From the NCBI GenBank assembly GCA_963799315.1, contig CAWCWP010000003.1, positions 1,828-65,827 on the forward strand: 64,000 nucleotides of DNA, read 5' to 3'. This DNA is from an uncultured Alphaproteobacteria bacterium. GTDB lineage: Bacteria; Pseudomonadota; Alphaproteobacteria; Sphingomonadales; Sphingomonadaceae. The notes beneath the pieces were generated by a model that did not search any database, was not told the origin of the DNA, and saw only the letters and a program-made list of their open reading frames with translations. Both the position numbers and the translations under genes were made by a program. Below, one piece after another: positions 53,599 to 64,000 of the stretch (the stretch's first letter is position 1; every line of letters begins with the position of its first letter).

Positions 53599-54126
53599 TC
53601 AGGCCTGGCCGACAGGCGCATCGACATCGGTGCCGCCTTCGCCCTCGGCATTCTGGGCCTGCATGCGCTGCGCATAAAGGCCGTTGAAATCGACCGGATC
53701 GAGCATCAGCGGCTGGAAGCCGGTGTCGCGCGTGGCATCGGCGATGACGCGGCGCGCAAACGGGAACAGAAGGCGCGGCGCCTCTGCATACAGGAAAGCG
53801 TGCGCGTGATCTTCGGGCAGGTTGCGCATGCCGACGAGGCCGCAATAGGCCAGTTCGACCAGATACAGGCTGCCCTTGTCGCACTTCGCATCGACGGTGA
53901 TCTTCAGCTCGACCTCGTGAATGTCGTCGTTCACGGATTTGGCGGCGATGTTGAACTGCAGATCGATCTGCGGCTTGTCTTCCCACTGGAAGGATTCGGG
54001 CGCCTGCGGATTTTCGACCGACAGATCCTTGATATATTGCGACAGCAGGCCCGCGACCGGCTGCGTATCGGCACCGTTGGGCGCCGGGTCCATGTTGAGG
54101 TCGGTCAAGATATCGCCATCGGCCAT
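53599..54126 (-). CDS. secB: Protein export chaperone SecB
   Basis: QYIKDLSVENP, PRLLFPFARR, PLMLDPVDF. Confidence 0.96.
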   Translation of the reverse strand: MADGDILTDLNMDPAPNGADTQPVAGLLSQYIKDLSVENPQAPESFQWEDKPQIDLQFNIAAKSVNDDIHEVELKITVDAKCDKGSLYLVELAYCGLVGMRNLPEDHAHAFLYAEAPRLLFPFARRVIADATRDTGFQPLMLDPVDFNGLYAQRMQAQNAEGEGGTDVDAPVGQA

Positions 54127-54334
54127 GTGGTAGGTATTCCTGTCGAATTGAAATGGGTGCCGCGTGCAGATGCGGCGTGGCGTGAGCGCGTAGCAGCCGG
54201 TCGTGCGCCCCGCAACGTCCGTCGCACCGGTGCGGCAGCGCGCCCCGCACCGATACCCGCCCCGTTGCGGGTTTGTAATCCCTGCCTATGTAGGGCAGGA
54301 GTTACGCACATCGTTTCGCAACAGGTAAGCCTTC

Positions 54335-54994
54335 GTGATAATCCAGATCGTCATCCTCGCCATCATCGCCGCCGTGCTCGGGTACAAGCTGTATTCGGTG
54401 CTGGGCCGCCGCGCAGAGCACGAGGAAGAGCCGATTGCGCCGCCCCGTGATAACCAGGCTCGCGATAACCAGCAGATCAATACGCCTGCCGCCGGTGCGC
54501 CGGTCGCAGCCTTGCCCGAACAGCGCGCGCCGCGCGTTCTGCCTGCCGTGGAACAGGGCGTGCGCGCCATCGCGGCGGCGGACAGCCGGTTCGATATCAG
54601 TTCATTCATCGAAGGAGCCAAGGGTGCCTATGCGATGGTGCTGGAGGCCTTTTGGGAAGGCGACCGCGAAACGCTGCGCGAGCTGTGCGACAACGATGTC
54701 TACGCTAGCTTCGATGCTGCCATCACCACGCGCGAGGATGCGGGCGAAACGCTCGACAACCGGCTGGTCCGGATCGAGGAAGCGCAGATCGACCGCGCGC
54801 AGATCGACGGACGCACCGCGCGTATCGCTGTGCGCTTCGTGGCCGATATCGCCGCCGTCACCCGCGACAGCGAAGGCACCGTCATCGCCGGATCGCTGGA
54901 CGATGCCATCGAAAGCCGCGACGTCTGGACCTTCATGCGCGACGTGAAGGCGAACGACCCGAACTGGCTGCTCGACGAAACCGACGAAGGCTGA
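54335..54994 (+). CDS. Tim44/TimA family protein
   Basis: LYSVLGRR, FIEGAKGAY, DVWTF.R..PNWLL; secB-tim44-mltA-smr synteny. Confidence 0.9.
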   Translation: MIIQIVILAIIAAVLGYKLYSVLGRRAEHEEEPIAPPRDNQARDNQQINTPAAGAPVAALPEQRAPRVLPAVEQGVRAIAAADSRFDISSFIEGAKGAYAMVLEAFWEGDRETLRELCDNDVYASFDAAITTREDAGETLDNRLVRIEEAQIDRAQIDGRTARIAVRFVADIAAVTRDSEGTVIAGSLDDAIESRDVWTFMRDVKANDPNWLLDETDEG

Positions 54995-54999
54995 GACCC

Positions 55000-56186
55000 G
55001 TGCTGCGCCATGCAACCGCGCTGATCGCCGCGCTGGTGCTGGCCGGGTGCAATGCGGTGTCAGCCCCTTCGGCAAGCGTGCCCGTTGTCACGCCGCCGGT
55101 TACGTCTTCTGTCGCTGCAACCTCCGCTGCGCTGCTGGGTGTATCGGTTGCCGCGACATCTATCGTGCGGCCCGAAGATGCCGAGGCGGCCCTGCGTTCG
55201 TTCCGCGAATCCTGCCCTGCCATCCTGCGGCGCGATGACCGGTCCGGACTGACTACGCGCGAGGACTGGCGCACCGCGTGCTATGAGGCGACGCTGCCGC
55301 AGCCCGATCCGGCATCTTTCTTCCAGCGTCTGTTCATCCCCGTCACGGTGGGCACGGGCGAAGCCTTCGCCACCGGCTATTTCGAACCTGAGATCGCCGG
55401 ATCTCGCACTCGCCGCACCGGCTTCGATGTGCCGGTCTATGCCGTGCCCGAAGACCTCGTGCGCCGCTGGCCCGCCGATATGCCGGAGGCGGAACGCACC
55501 GCTCGTCCGCCGCTCGTCCGCCTGCTGCCCGACGGCACAACCACCCGCTATTACGACCGTACCGCCATCGAGGAAGGCGCGCTGGCCGGACGCGGACTGG
55601 AGATCGCGTGGGCGGCCGATCCGGTCGAGATGTTCTTCCTGCAAATCCAGGGATCGGGCCGTCTCGTCTCACCCGAAGGAGACGTTATCCGCATCGGCTA
55701 TGCCGGGCAGAATGGTCACGGCTACACCGGTATCGGCGGCCTGATGCGCGAACGCGGCCTGCTGGGTGACGGACCGGGGCAATATGCCGGATCGATGCAG
55801 GGCATCATGGCCTATATCCGCGAGAATCCGGAGGCCGGGCAGGCGCTGATGCGCGAGAACGCCAGCTGGGTTTTCTTCACCGAACTGACCGGAGACGGCC
55901 CGCTCGGTTCGCTCGGCATTCCGGTGCGCGGCGAAAGCTCGGTCGCGGTCGATCCAAAATTCGTACCCTATGGCGCGCCGGTCGTGCTGGCGATCTGGAC
56001 CGCCCCGAAGCCAGCGGCATGTGGATCGCGCAGGATACCGGCGGCGCGATCAAGGGCGCAAATCGCTTCGACACATTCTGGGGCGCAGGCGATCGCGCCC
56101 GTACCATCGCGGGCGGCATGAGCGCGCGCGGCCGCGCCACGATCCTGCTGCCACGTCCGGCGGCATGGCGACTGGGAATACGATGA
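55000..56186 (+). CDS. mltA: Membrane-bound lytic transglycosylase MltA (frameshift near 55990)
   Basis: LAGC lipobox, TGYFEP, FFLQIQGSG, SVAVD; AQDTGGAIKG..DTFWG in shifted frame. Confidence 0.92.
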
Positions 56187-56808
56187 CCAGCCCGCGCGGG
56201 CTGTCGGACGACGAGGCGGCGGCTTGGGATGCGGTGGCGAAGACGGTGAAAGCGTTTTCGAAAAAGTCTTTGTCTGGGTGCGCTCCGGACATCCGTCCTG
56301 CGCTTGCTGTGCCATCCCGCTTCCCCTCCCGACCACCCACGGGATTATCCTCAAGGGTGGTCGGGAGGGGGGGCGGGACCGCACAGCACCCGAGCGTCAT
56401 CGAGCAGACAAGAACGCGAGGGACGGCACAGCTCCGGGAGTTGGCGCGCAAAGGCAACGCCCCGACACGCTCGACGGCCACCGCGACCGCCGCCTGAAAT
56501 CGGGCCGCACCGACCCGGACTTCTCGCTCGACCTGCATGGCCATACGCTGGACGCCGCTTACCATCGGCTCGACAGCGGGCTGGTGCAGGCGAAGGCGAT
56601 GGGCGCGCGTGTGGTGCTCGTCGTGACCGGCAAGCCGCGCCCGGTCGATGCGGCGGACCGGGGCACCAGCCGCGGTGCCATCCGCGCCAAGATCCTCGAC
56701 TGGCTCGCCGCCGGACCCCACGCAAACGACATCGCCGCCATCCGCCGCGCTCACCGCAAACATGGCGGCGAGGGCGCGCTGTATCTGGTGCTGCGGCGCC
56801 AGAGCTAG
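56183..56808 (+). CDS. Smr/MutS2 domain protein with a palindromic element in its linker (one frameshift)
   Basis: N-terminus LSDDEAAAWDAVAKTV; C-terminus LDLHG, VVTGK, HGGEGALYLVL. Confidence 0.85.
56277..56398. repeat. Palindromic element copy B, intragenic
   Basis: Same core and arm sequences as 43376-43606. Confidence 0.85.
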
Positions 56809-56837
56809 AAGGGGGCGGTAGCCCGACCGCGACGCCG

Positions 56838-57905
56838 TCAGTCGGCAGCGGGACGCAATTTTTCGTAAGCAGTCCGGTATTGCGAGACGGGCCGGTCGAA
56901 AAGCCGGGAGGCATCCACGATCGCGTCGACTGCGTCGAGATCGGTATAATCCAGCTCTATCAAGGTGCCGATGGCATCCGGATCGCCGCCGTTGCGAACA
57001 TCGGATTCGGCAATCGCATAGCCGACATAATACCCAAGATCGCGCGTACCGAAATCGTTGGTCCTGTCGTTCCATATCCAGCCTGAAAAATCCTCGTTTC
57101 CTATTTCGCCGGCGAAAGCTGACAGCACGCGCCGGGCGTTCGCTTCGCCGAAAACGATTGCCGGTTGTCGGGACCTCATTCCGATAGCTTCGGTGGAGAC
57201 ATATTCCGCCACCCCTTCGAACAATGCCTGCGACAGCAGATCGACGCCGCCCTCGCTGCGCTGCTGCGTATGCACCCATTCGTGCAGGTTCAGCGCGACG
57301 ATATTGTCGATCGGACTGCCTTCGAAATAGCTGGCCAGATGCGGGAACCGCGCCATCAGTTCGGCCACAGGCGTGCTGCTGTCGGCCATCGCCAGTTCGG
57401 CGCCGATCAACAGCTTTCCGTCGATTGCGGTTCCTCCTGCGCGCAACGCGCCGATCACGAAATACACCGGCACCGGCTCGCTGGCCGGATAAACGCTCCG
57501 CATGCGTCCCAGCCCCGTCTCGATGGCGGGCGCCAGCGCTTTTGCCCGCATCGTATTTGCGCGGACGGCGTTCCAGAAAAGCGGCGCTTCGTTGATCGCC
57601 TGAATGAATTCACCGGTTCGATAGCTTCTGGCACGCATCATGGCGTGAAGGCCGGGCGACCCCCGGTCGATATAGTATTCGTTCAGAATACGCGTCTGGA
57701 TCCTCGGATCGTCTTCTGCGGTTATCAGGTCGTAGGCAGTCCAGAAGCGGTCGATGTCCTGCGTTACGACAGATGGGCTGGTGGCAGGCTGGGTGGGAAC
57801 TGCACTTTGGCCAGCTGCACATCCTGTCAGGGAAACGGGCAGCACCGCGACCGCAACAACCGGAAGAAGCAAACGGACAAGTTTCCCGGAAAGCCCAACG
57901 CGCAT
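56838..57905 (-). CDS. Lipoprotein zinc metallopeptidase (DUF2268-like gluzincin)
   Basis: LTGC lipobox, HEWVH, EGVAEY, DLGYYVGY. Confidence 0.8.
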   Translation of the reverse strand: MRVGLSGKLVRLLLPVVAVAVLPVSLTGCAAGQSAVPTQPATSPSVVTQDIDRFWTAYDLITAEDDPRIQTRILNEYYIDRGSPGLHAMMRARSYRTGEFIQAINEAPLFWNAVRANTMRAKALAPAIETGLGRMRSVYPASEPVPVYFVIGALRAGGTAIDGKLLIGAELAMADSSTPVAELMARFPHLASYFEGSPIDNIVALNLHEWVHTQQRSEGGVDLLSQALFEGVAEYVSTEAIGMRSRQPAIVFGEANARRVLSAFAGEIGNEDFSGWIWNDRTNDFGTRDLGYYVGYAIAESDVRNGGDPDAIGTLIELDYTDLDAVDAIVDASRLFDRPVSQYRTAYEKLRPAAD

Positions 57906-57918
57906 CTTTATCTCCGAC

Positions 57919-57954
57919 GTATTCGAAGCTGTGTTCGAAGCTGTGTTCGAAGTT
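57919..57954. repeat. 12-bp tandem repeat x3
   Basis: GTATTCGAAGCT GTGTTCGAAGCT GTGTTCGAAGTT. Confidence 0.85.
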
Positions 57955-57963
57955 GGGCCATTA

Positions 57964-58395
57964 TCATTCCACCGGCGTTCGAAACAATCCTGCCACGAAT
58001 ACCAGCCATCCTGCAGTCATTGCGACGCTGCCGCCCAGCACGGCGGTGGCGACCAGCATTTCCGCGGTCGCGCCCGCGCCAAAGCCCGCTCCGGCAATGG
58101 GCAGGATGCTGTTCGCGCCCGTGATCGCCGCGCCGGTCAGGCCGACCCACAGGACATACATGCCGGCAATGATCGCCCACCGCGCCAGTCCGGAAAACAG
58201 CGGCGACAGGCTCGCCCAGCGCCAGACCGCGCCCGTCACCATCAGGGCGGTTCCGCACTGGACGGCGGTCAGATGCGCCGACAGGGCCATGCGCGGATTG
58301 GCGAAATCCTGCACCACCGCCCCTTGCAGCAGACCCAGCAGGAACAGCACCGCGCCCGCCTGGATCAATGTTCGTTGTCCGGTGTCCAGCGTCAT
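57964..58395 (-). CDS. Four-TM membrane protein with conserved His (StyC-like by inference)
   Basis: LFLLGLLQG..NPRMALSAHL; GAGGAG RBS. Confidence 0.7.
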   Translation of the reverse strand: MTLDTGQRTLIQAGAVLFLLGLLQGAVVQDFANPRMALSAHLTAVQCGTALMVTGAVWRWASLSPLFSGLARWAIIAGMYVLWVGLTGAAITGANSILPIAGAGFGAGATAEMLVATAVLGGSVAMTAGWLVFVAGLFRTPVE

Positions 58396-58408
58396 CGACG
58401 TATGCTCC

Positions 58409-59498
58409 TCATCCGCATTGCGCACGGTGCAGCAGTTTCTGGTCGGCCAGCACCAGCGCCATCATCGCGGCGACGACCGGCGCGCCGCGAATGCCGACGC
58501 AGGGGTCGTGGCGGCCCTTGGTGCGCAGCTTCGTGTTTTCGCCGTCGCGGGTGATCGTGTCCACCGGCGTCAGGATGGAGCTGGTCGGCTTGAACGCCAC
58601 GCGGCACACCACCGGCTGTCCGGTCGAGATGCCGCCCGATACGCCGCCCGCATGGTTGGCAGCAAAGGTCGGCTCGGCGCCCTCTGCCGGGCCCTGCCGC
58701 ATCGCATCGGCATTCGCCTCGCCGCTCAGTTCCGCCGCGCCGAAGCCGTCGCCGATCTCTACGCCTTTCACCGCGTTGATGCCCATCATCGCGGCGGCGA
58801 GTTCGGCGTCAAGCTTGGCATAGACGGGCGCGCCCCAGCCTGCGGGCACGCCGGCTCGCCACGCATTCGACGACTGCGCCCAGCGAAGAGCCTGCTTTGC
58901 GGGCGGTATCGATCAGGCCCTCCCACCGCTGCGCCGCGGCGGCGTCGGGGCAGAAGAACGGGTTGCGGTCGATCTCGGCGAAATCCATCGCTTCGCGGTC
59001 GATTTCGTCGGTGCCGATCTGGCTGACATAGGCCGTGATCGTCACCTCTGGCACCACCAGCCGCGCCACCGCCCCCGCCGCGACCCGCGCCGCCGTCTCG
59101 CGCGCACTCGACCGCCCGCCGCCGCGATAGTCGCGGAACCCGTATTTCGCGTCATAGGCATAGTCGGCATGGCCGGGGCGATAGGCCTTGGCGACTTCGG
59201 AATAGTCCTTGCTGCGCTGGTCCGTGTTCTCGATCTGGAGCGCGATGGGCGTGCCGGTCGTGCGCTGTATGCCGTCGGCTTCGAACACTCCGGACAGGAT
59301 GCGGACCGCATCGGGCTCGCGCCGCTGCGTGGTGAAGCGGTTCTGGCCCGGACGGCGCGCGTCGAGGAACGGCTGGATATCGGCTTCGCCCAGGGCAAGC
59401 CCCGGCGGGCACCCGTCGACCACCGCGCCCAGTGCCGGTCCGTGGCTTTCGCCCCAGGTGGTGAAGCGGAAGACCCGCCCGAATGTGTTCCAGCTCAT
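58409..59498 (-). CDS. aroC: Chorismate synthase (frameshift near 58850)
   Basis: [46 protein letters not shown]. Confidence 0.95.
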
Positions 59499-59749
59499 GC
59501 CCGCGCTTGTGCGCGAGGCAGGCGGCGCTGTCCACGGTCCAGAACGCCATGCATTTCCTACAGGCGGATTGGCTGGCATAGAGGGCGAATGATTTGCTTC
59601 GCTCCCCGTCGCGCTCTTCGTTTGCCGGACGTTTCACGGATAGACGCAGGACGAAGTCCACATATCGGAAAAAATCGCGGTGCAGGCCTAAACTTCCCTA
59701 AACTTCCGCGTAGGTTTGCGGAAAATTCCGAACTGCTGGACCACGCGCT

Positions 59750-60351
59750 ATGATTGCCAAGTTGAAAGGCCTGCTGGACGAAACCGGCGCGGACTGGGCG
59801 GTGATCGATGTCGCGGGCGTCGGTTACCTCGTGCATTGCTCGACCAAGACGCTGGCGGCTTTGGGCGAGGCAGGGGAGGGCTGTACGCTCTACACCGATT
59901 TGCAGGTGAGCGAGAACGACATGCGTTTGCTGGGATTTGCGGAAGCTGCGGAGCGCGACTGGTTCCGTCTGCTGACCGGCGTGCAGGGCGTGGGCAGCAA
60001 GGTCGCGCTGGCGATCCTGTCGGCGCTGTCCACGGCGGAAGTGCAGGCGGCATGTGCGGGCGGCGATGCCGTCACCGTGGCGCGGGCGCAGGGCGTGGGG
60101 CCGAAACTGGCGGGGCGCATAGTGAACGAATTGAAGGAAAAGGCGGGCGCACTGCCCGCCGGTCCGGGCGGCGTCGCGTTTCGCCGCGCCCGCCGCCGGG
60201 GCCAGCGCCGATGCCGTCAGCGCGCTGGAGAACCTCGGCTTCAAACCCGCCACCGCCGCCCGCGCCGTCGCCGCCGCCACGGCGGAATCGGCGACAGGAC
60301 GCGGCAGAGGGCGACCTGATCCGCGTGGCGTTGAAATTGGCGGCCAGATAG
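59750..60351 (+). CDS. ruvA: Holliday junction branch migration protein RuvA (frameshifted C-terminus)
   Basis: [42 protein letters not shown]; SALENLGF and LIRVALK in other frames. Confidence 0.95.
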
Positions 60352-60363
60352 GAGCTACACGAT

Positions 60364-60937
60364 ATGTATTTCGTCAAATTGCCCGCCTTTTCCTGCGCCC
60401 TGTCCTGTGCCCTTGTCGCCGCCACACCGCTAGCCGCGCAGGACGCTGGGCCGTTCCCGACCGGACCGGTTATCGAAGGCTTCGGCCCCCACGCGCGCGT
60501 GGACGGTATCGACCGATGTGCCCACCGATACCGAGTTCGCGCACAGCTTCGATGTGGTGGAGGCTGCCGATGGTGATGCGCGCAATCGCGGGTTCGAGAG
60601 CGCCGCGCGCTTCGTCAACATGCACGCCGCCGCTGGCGTGGACCCGGACAATATCCGCGTGGCCGTGGTGGTGCATGGCGGCGCGGTGCGCGACCTCCTG
60701 ACCAACGCGGCGCGGGCCGAACGCGCGCTGACGCTGGACGCGGATGGCGCGAATCCCAGCGGTGCGATGGTGCAGGCGATGCTGGATGCCGGGGTTCGTT
60801 TCATCGTGTGCGGGCAGAGCATGGCGGGCGCCGGTATCGCACGCGAGGAACTGCGCGACGGCGTGGAAGTCGCCCTGTCCGCTATGACCGCCCACGCCCT
60901 GCTGCAACAGCGCGGCTACACGGTGAACCCGTTTTGA
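60364..60937 (+). CDS. Secreted DsrE family protein (frameshift near 60515)
   Basis: Signal peptide LAA-Q, GPVIEGFG, VVVHG, GVRFIVCGQS. Confidence 0.8.
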
Positions 60938-60960
60938 CTGACGATGCCATAGTTCACTGC

Positions 60961-61395
60961 CGTCATCCTGAACTCGGTTCAGGATCCATTGTCTGCCTTC
61001 ACGCTTGGAGCAATCGGCTCCATATCCAAGGCCGGCGCACAGGTCGTGCCAGTCTGCGGATTGTCGCTTTCGATCAGATTGATCTTCCATTGACGTGCCA
61101 ATGCTTGAGCTGTTTCTCGCGCGTGATCGACCTTGGGTCCATAGTCTTCGAACATGTTCATAGCGCATACAGAGATGGATGACGATTATAGCGGCGGTGA
61201 AGCCGAGGGAATTACCGCTTACGATGCTGCGCAGACAGTCTGCAGATGGAAGATTAGCTCGTGACGCCGATAGTACGAGCGGTTGGCCAGAACGGCTTGG
61301 CTGGCAAGGATGTAAACGCAGGGCTGCCGCGTTGATTAATGCATGAACACTGTGCTTGCCGCAACGATGGACGCTGAAACAAGTTCAGCATGACG
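60961..61395. mobile_element. REP-flanked GIY-YIG nuclease element
   Basis: Inverted 29-bp CGTC hairpins at 60961-60989 and 61367-61395 enclosing a nuclease gene. Confidence 0.75.
60979..61344 (-). pseudogene. Small GIY-YIG (UPF0213-like) nuclease with many indels (decayed or poorly polished)
   Basis: Fragments in shifting frames: QPCVYILAS, IGVTS, REKQLKHWHRQWKINLIESDNP, DWHDL. Confidence 0.8.
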
Positions 61396-61409
61396 AGTAA
61401 GGATGGCGG

Positions 61410-62452
<1,043 letters not shown>

Positions 62453-62673
62453 GTTTCGGGTAGGAACCGCGCCGCTGTTCGGTTCCGATATGGGACACCT
62501 CGCCCCGAACGGCCCTGCGACCTGCATATTATTTGCATTTTCGCAGCTTGGGCATGGTTAACCCCATTGCGGGATTAAGCGGTTGGTTGCTTCTTGGTGC
62601 GACAGGGACATGCAGAAGGAGCGGAACCGCCGCTCTCGATAGCACCCCGAACGCAAATCAAGAGAGCTTGCCC

Positions 62674-64000
62674 ATGTCGGTTAAACTGGCCCTGGCGAAA
62701 TTGTCCGCAACCGCAGCAGGTACCGCCATGCTCGCGGGCGGTGCAGTCCATGTCGCCGAACAACAGGTGACGGATACGCCCATTTACAAATCGGGCAAGG
62801 TCCAGTCGTCCAAGACCGAACCGGTCAAGTATATCAAGGAACGCCGCAGCGCGACACGCGTGGTGCCCAAGACGGTGGAACGCCAGCGGCGCATCGTCCG
62901 GCGCGAAGTGGAATGCGAACCGGTCGGTCCCGGCGCGATCGTCGGCCATTCCGGTCCCATTCCCGGCAATGCCGCCATGGCCAATCCGGCAATGGCCGGT
63001 GCCGGTCCGCGCGGCGGCTATCCCGGTGGCGGTTACGCCGTGGGTGGCACGCGTTCCATCGGCGCGGCGGGCAACCCGCAATGCGCCCCGGCCTATCGCA
63101 TGGCGCTGGCCGCAATTCCTGCGCCCATCGCACCTCTCCCGCAGCAGCCCTTCCGCGGTGGCTGGCGGTGATGGTGGCGGCGTGACGGTCATTGGTGGCA
63201 GCGGCGGCTTCGGCGGCGGGCTGGGCGGCGGTTTCTTCGGCGGCTTCTTCGGTGGCGGCGGCGGTGGTTCGGGCGGCAGCGTTGTCGTTTCCTCCACCAC
63301 GACGACATCAGGTGGTTCCAACTCCTCTTCGGGTGGCTCGACTTCCACCGGCGGTAGTTCGACGTCCACCTCTAGCGGCGGGACCAGCGGCACTTCCGGC
63401 ACCAGCGGAATCAATATCGACATCGATATCGATAATTCCAGCGGCGGCGGCGGTAGCACATCGACCTCGACCGGCGGTTCTTCGACGGGCGGGTTTACGT
63501 CCACCACGTCAACGGGTGGCTCCTCGACCGGCGGGTCCTCCACGTCGACCGGTGGTTTTACCTCGACGAGCACGACGGGCGGCGTCACCTCCACCAGTTC
63601 GAGCGGCGGCAGCAGCTCTTCCACCGGCGGCGTAACAAGCACTACCGGCGGCGTGACTAGCACGTCTTCGTCGGGTGGTTCGGGGGGCAGTTCGTCCAGC
63701 AGCTCTTCGAGTTCGTCGAGCTCTTCCAGCTCGTCCAGCTCTTCTTCGGGCGGCACCTCGGGCAATACGAGCGGTAACACCTCCGGAAATACCTCAGGCA
63801 ACACCAGCGGGAACACGTCCGGCAATACCTCCGGCACCAGCGGTCATCCGGGCACGTCGGGTACAAGCGGCACCTCCGGAACCAGCGGCATGACATCGGG
63901 CGGTTCGGGTTCATCGTCCAGCAGCAGCTCTTCGAGCAGCAGCAGTTCGTCCAGCTCGTCCTCTTCGGGCGGGGCGACCAGCAGTGGCGCGACCAGCGGC
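62674..64000 (+). CDS. Secreted Ser/Thr/Gly-rich surface protein, probably PEP-CTERM type (frameshift near 63150; 3' truncated)
   Basis: MSVKLALAKL..GGAVHVAE N-terminus, GGFFGGFFGG, long S/T/G low-complexity tract to the window end. Confidence 0.7.

Noticed and set aside
57919-57954. LexA (GTTC-N7-GTTC) box
   Set aside because: GTTC spacing is N8, and the downstream gene is not a repair gene

Overview
GC-rich alphaproteobacterial chromosome segment; gene content and order point to Sphingomonadales, probably Erythrobacteraceae. It is mostly core genes: dcd, putA, a TetR-controlled ABC/MFP/OMF efflux operon, ftsH, rpoZ, dnaB, galE, rpmJ, comM, rpmH-rnpA-yidD-yidC-engB, dapE, nth, dapB, cobB, moeB, dnaA-rpsT-mutM-ubiE-ubiB-coaBC-dut, trpS-murJ-secB, tim44-mltA-smr, aroC, ruvA and ruvB. 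From about 21 kb onward many essential genes carry single-base frameshifts, so this looks like an incompletely polished long-read assembly; apparent pseudogenes and fusions should be distrusted. The most interesting content is small and accessory: (1) a GIY-YIG nuclease gene bracketed by inverted CGTC-type REP hairpins between ruvA and ruvB, plus an empty CGTC element elsewhere; (2) a palindromic element in two copies whose outer arms are swapped relative to the core, with one copy inside the smr coding sequence; (3) two CGCAGAG-type MITE-like elements; (4) a ~1 kb AT-rich cassette-like island whose two genes are delimited by a recurring AATGTCCGC..TGGG(G)TCG motif; (5) a recurring CATTTTCCTACA intergenic motif; (6) a lone low-GC NucS-like/DUF4268 nuclease beside comM. 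No rRNA, tRNA, CRISPR array, integrase or transposase was recognised. Family names come from recalled motifs, not database searches.
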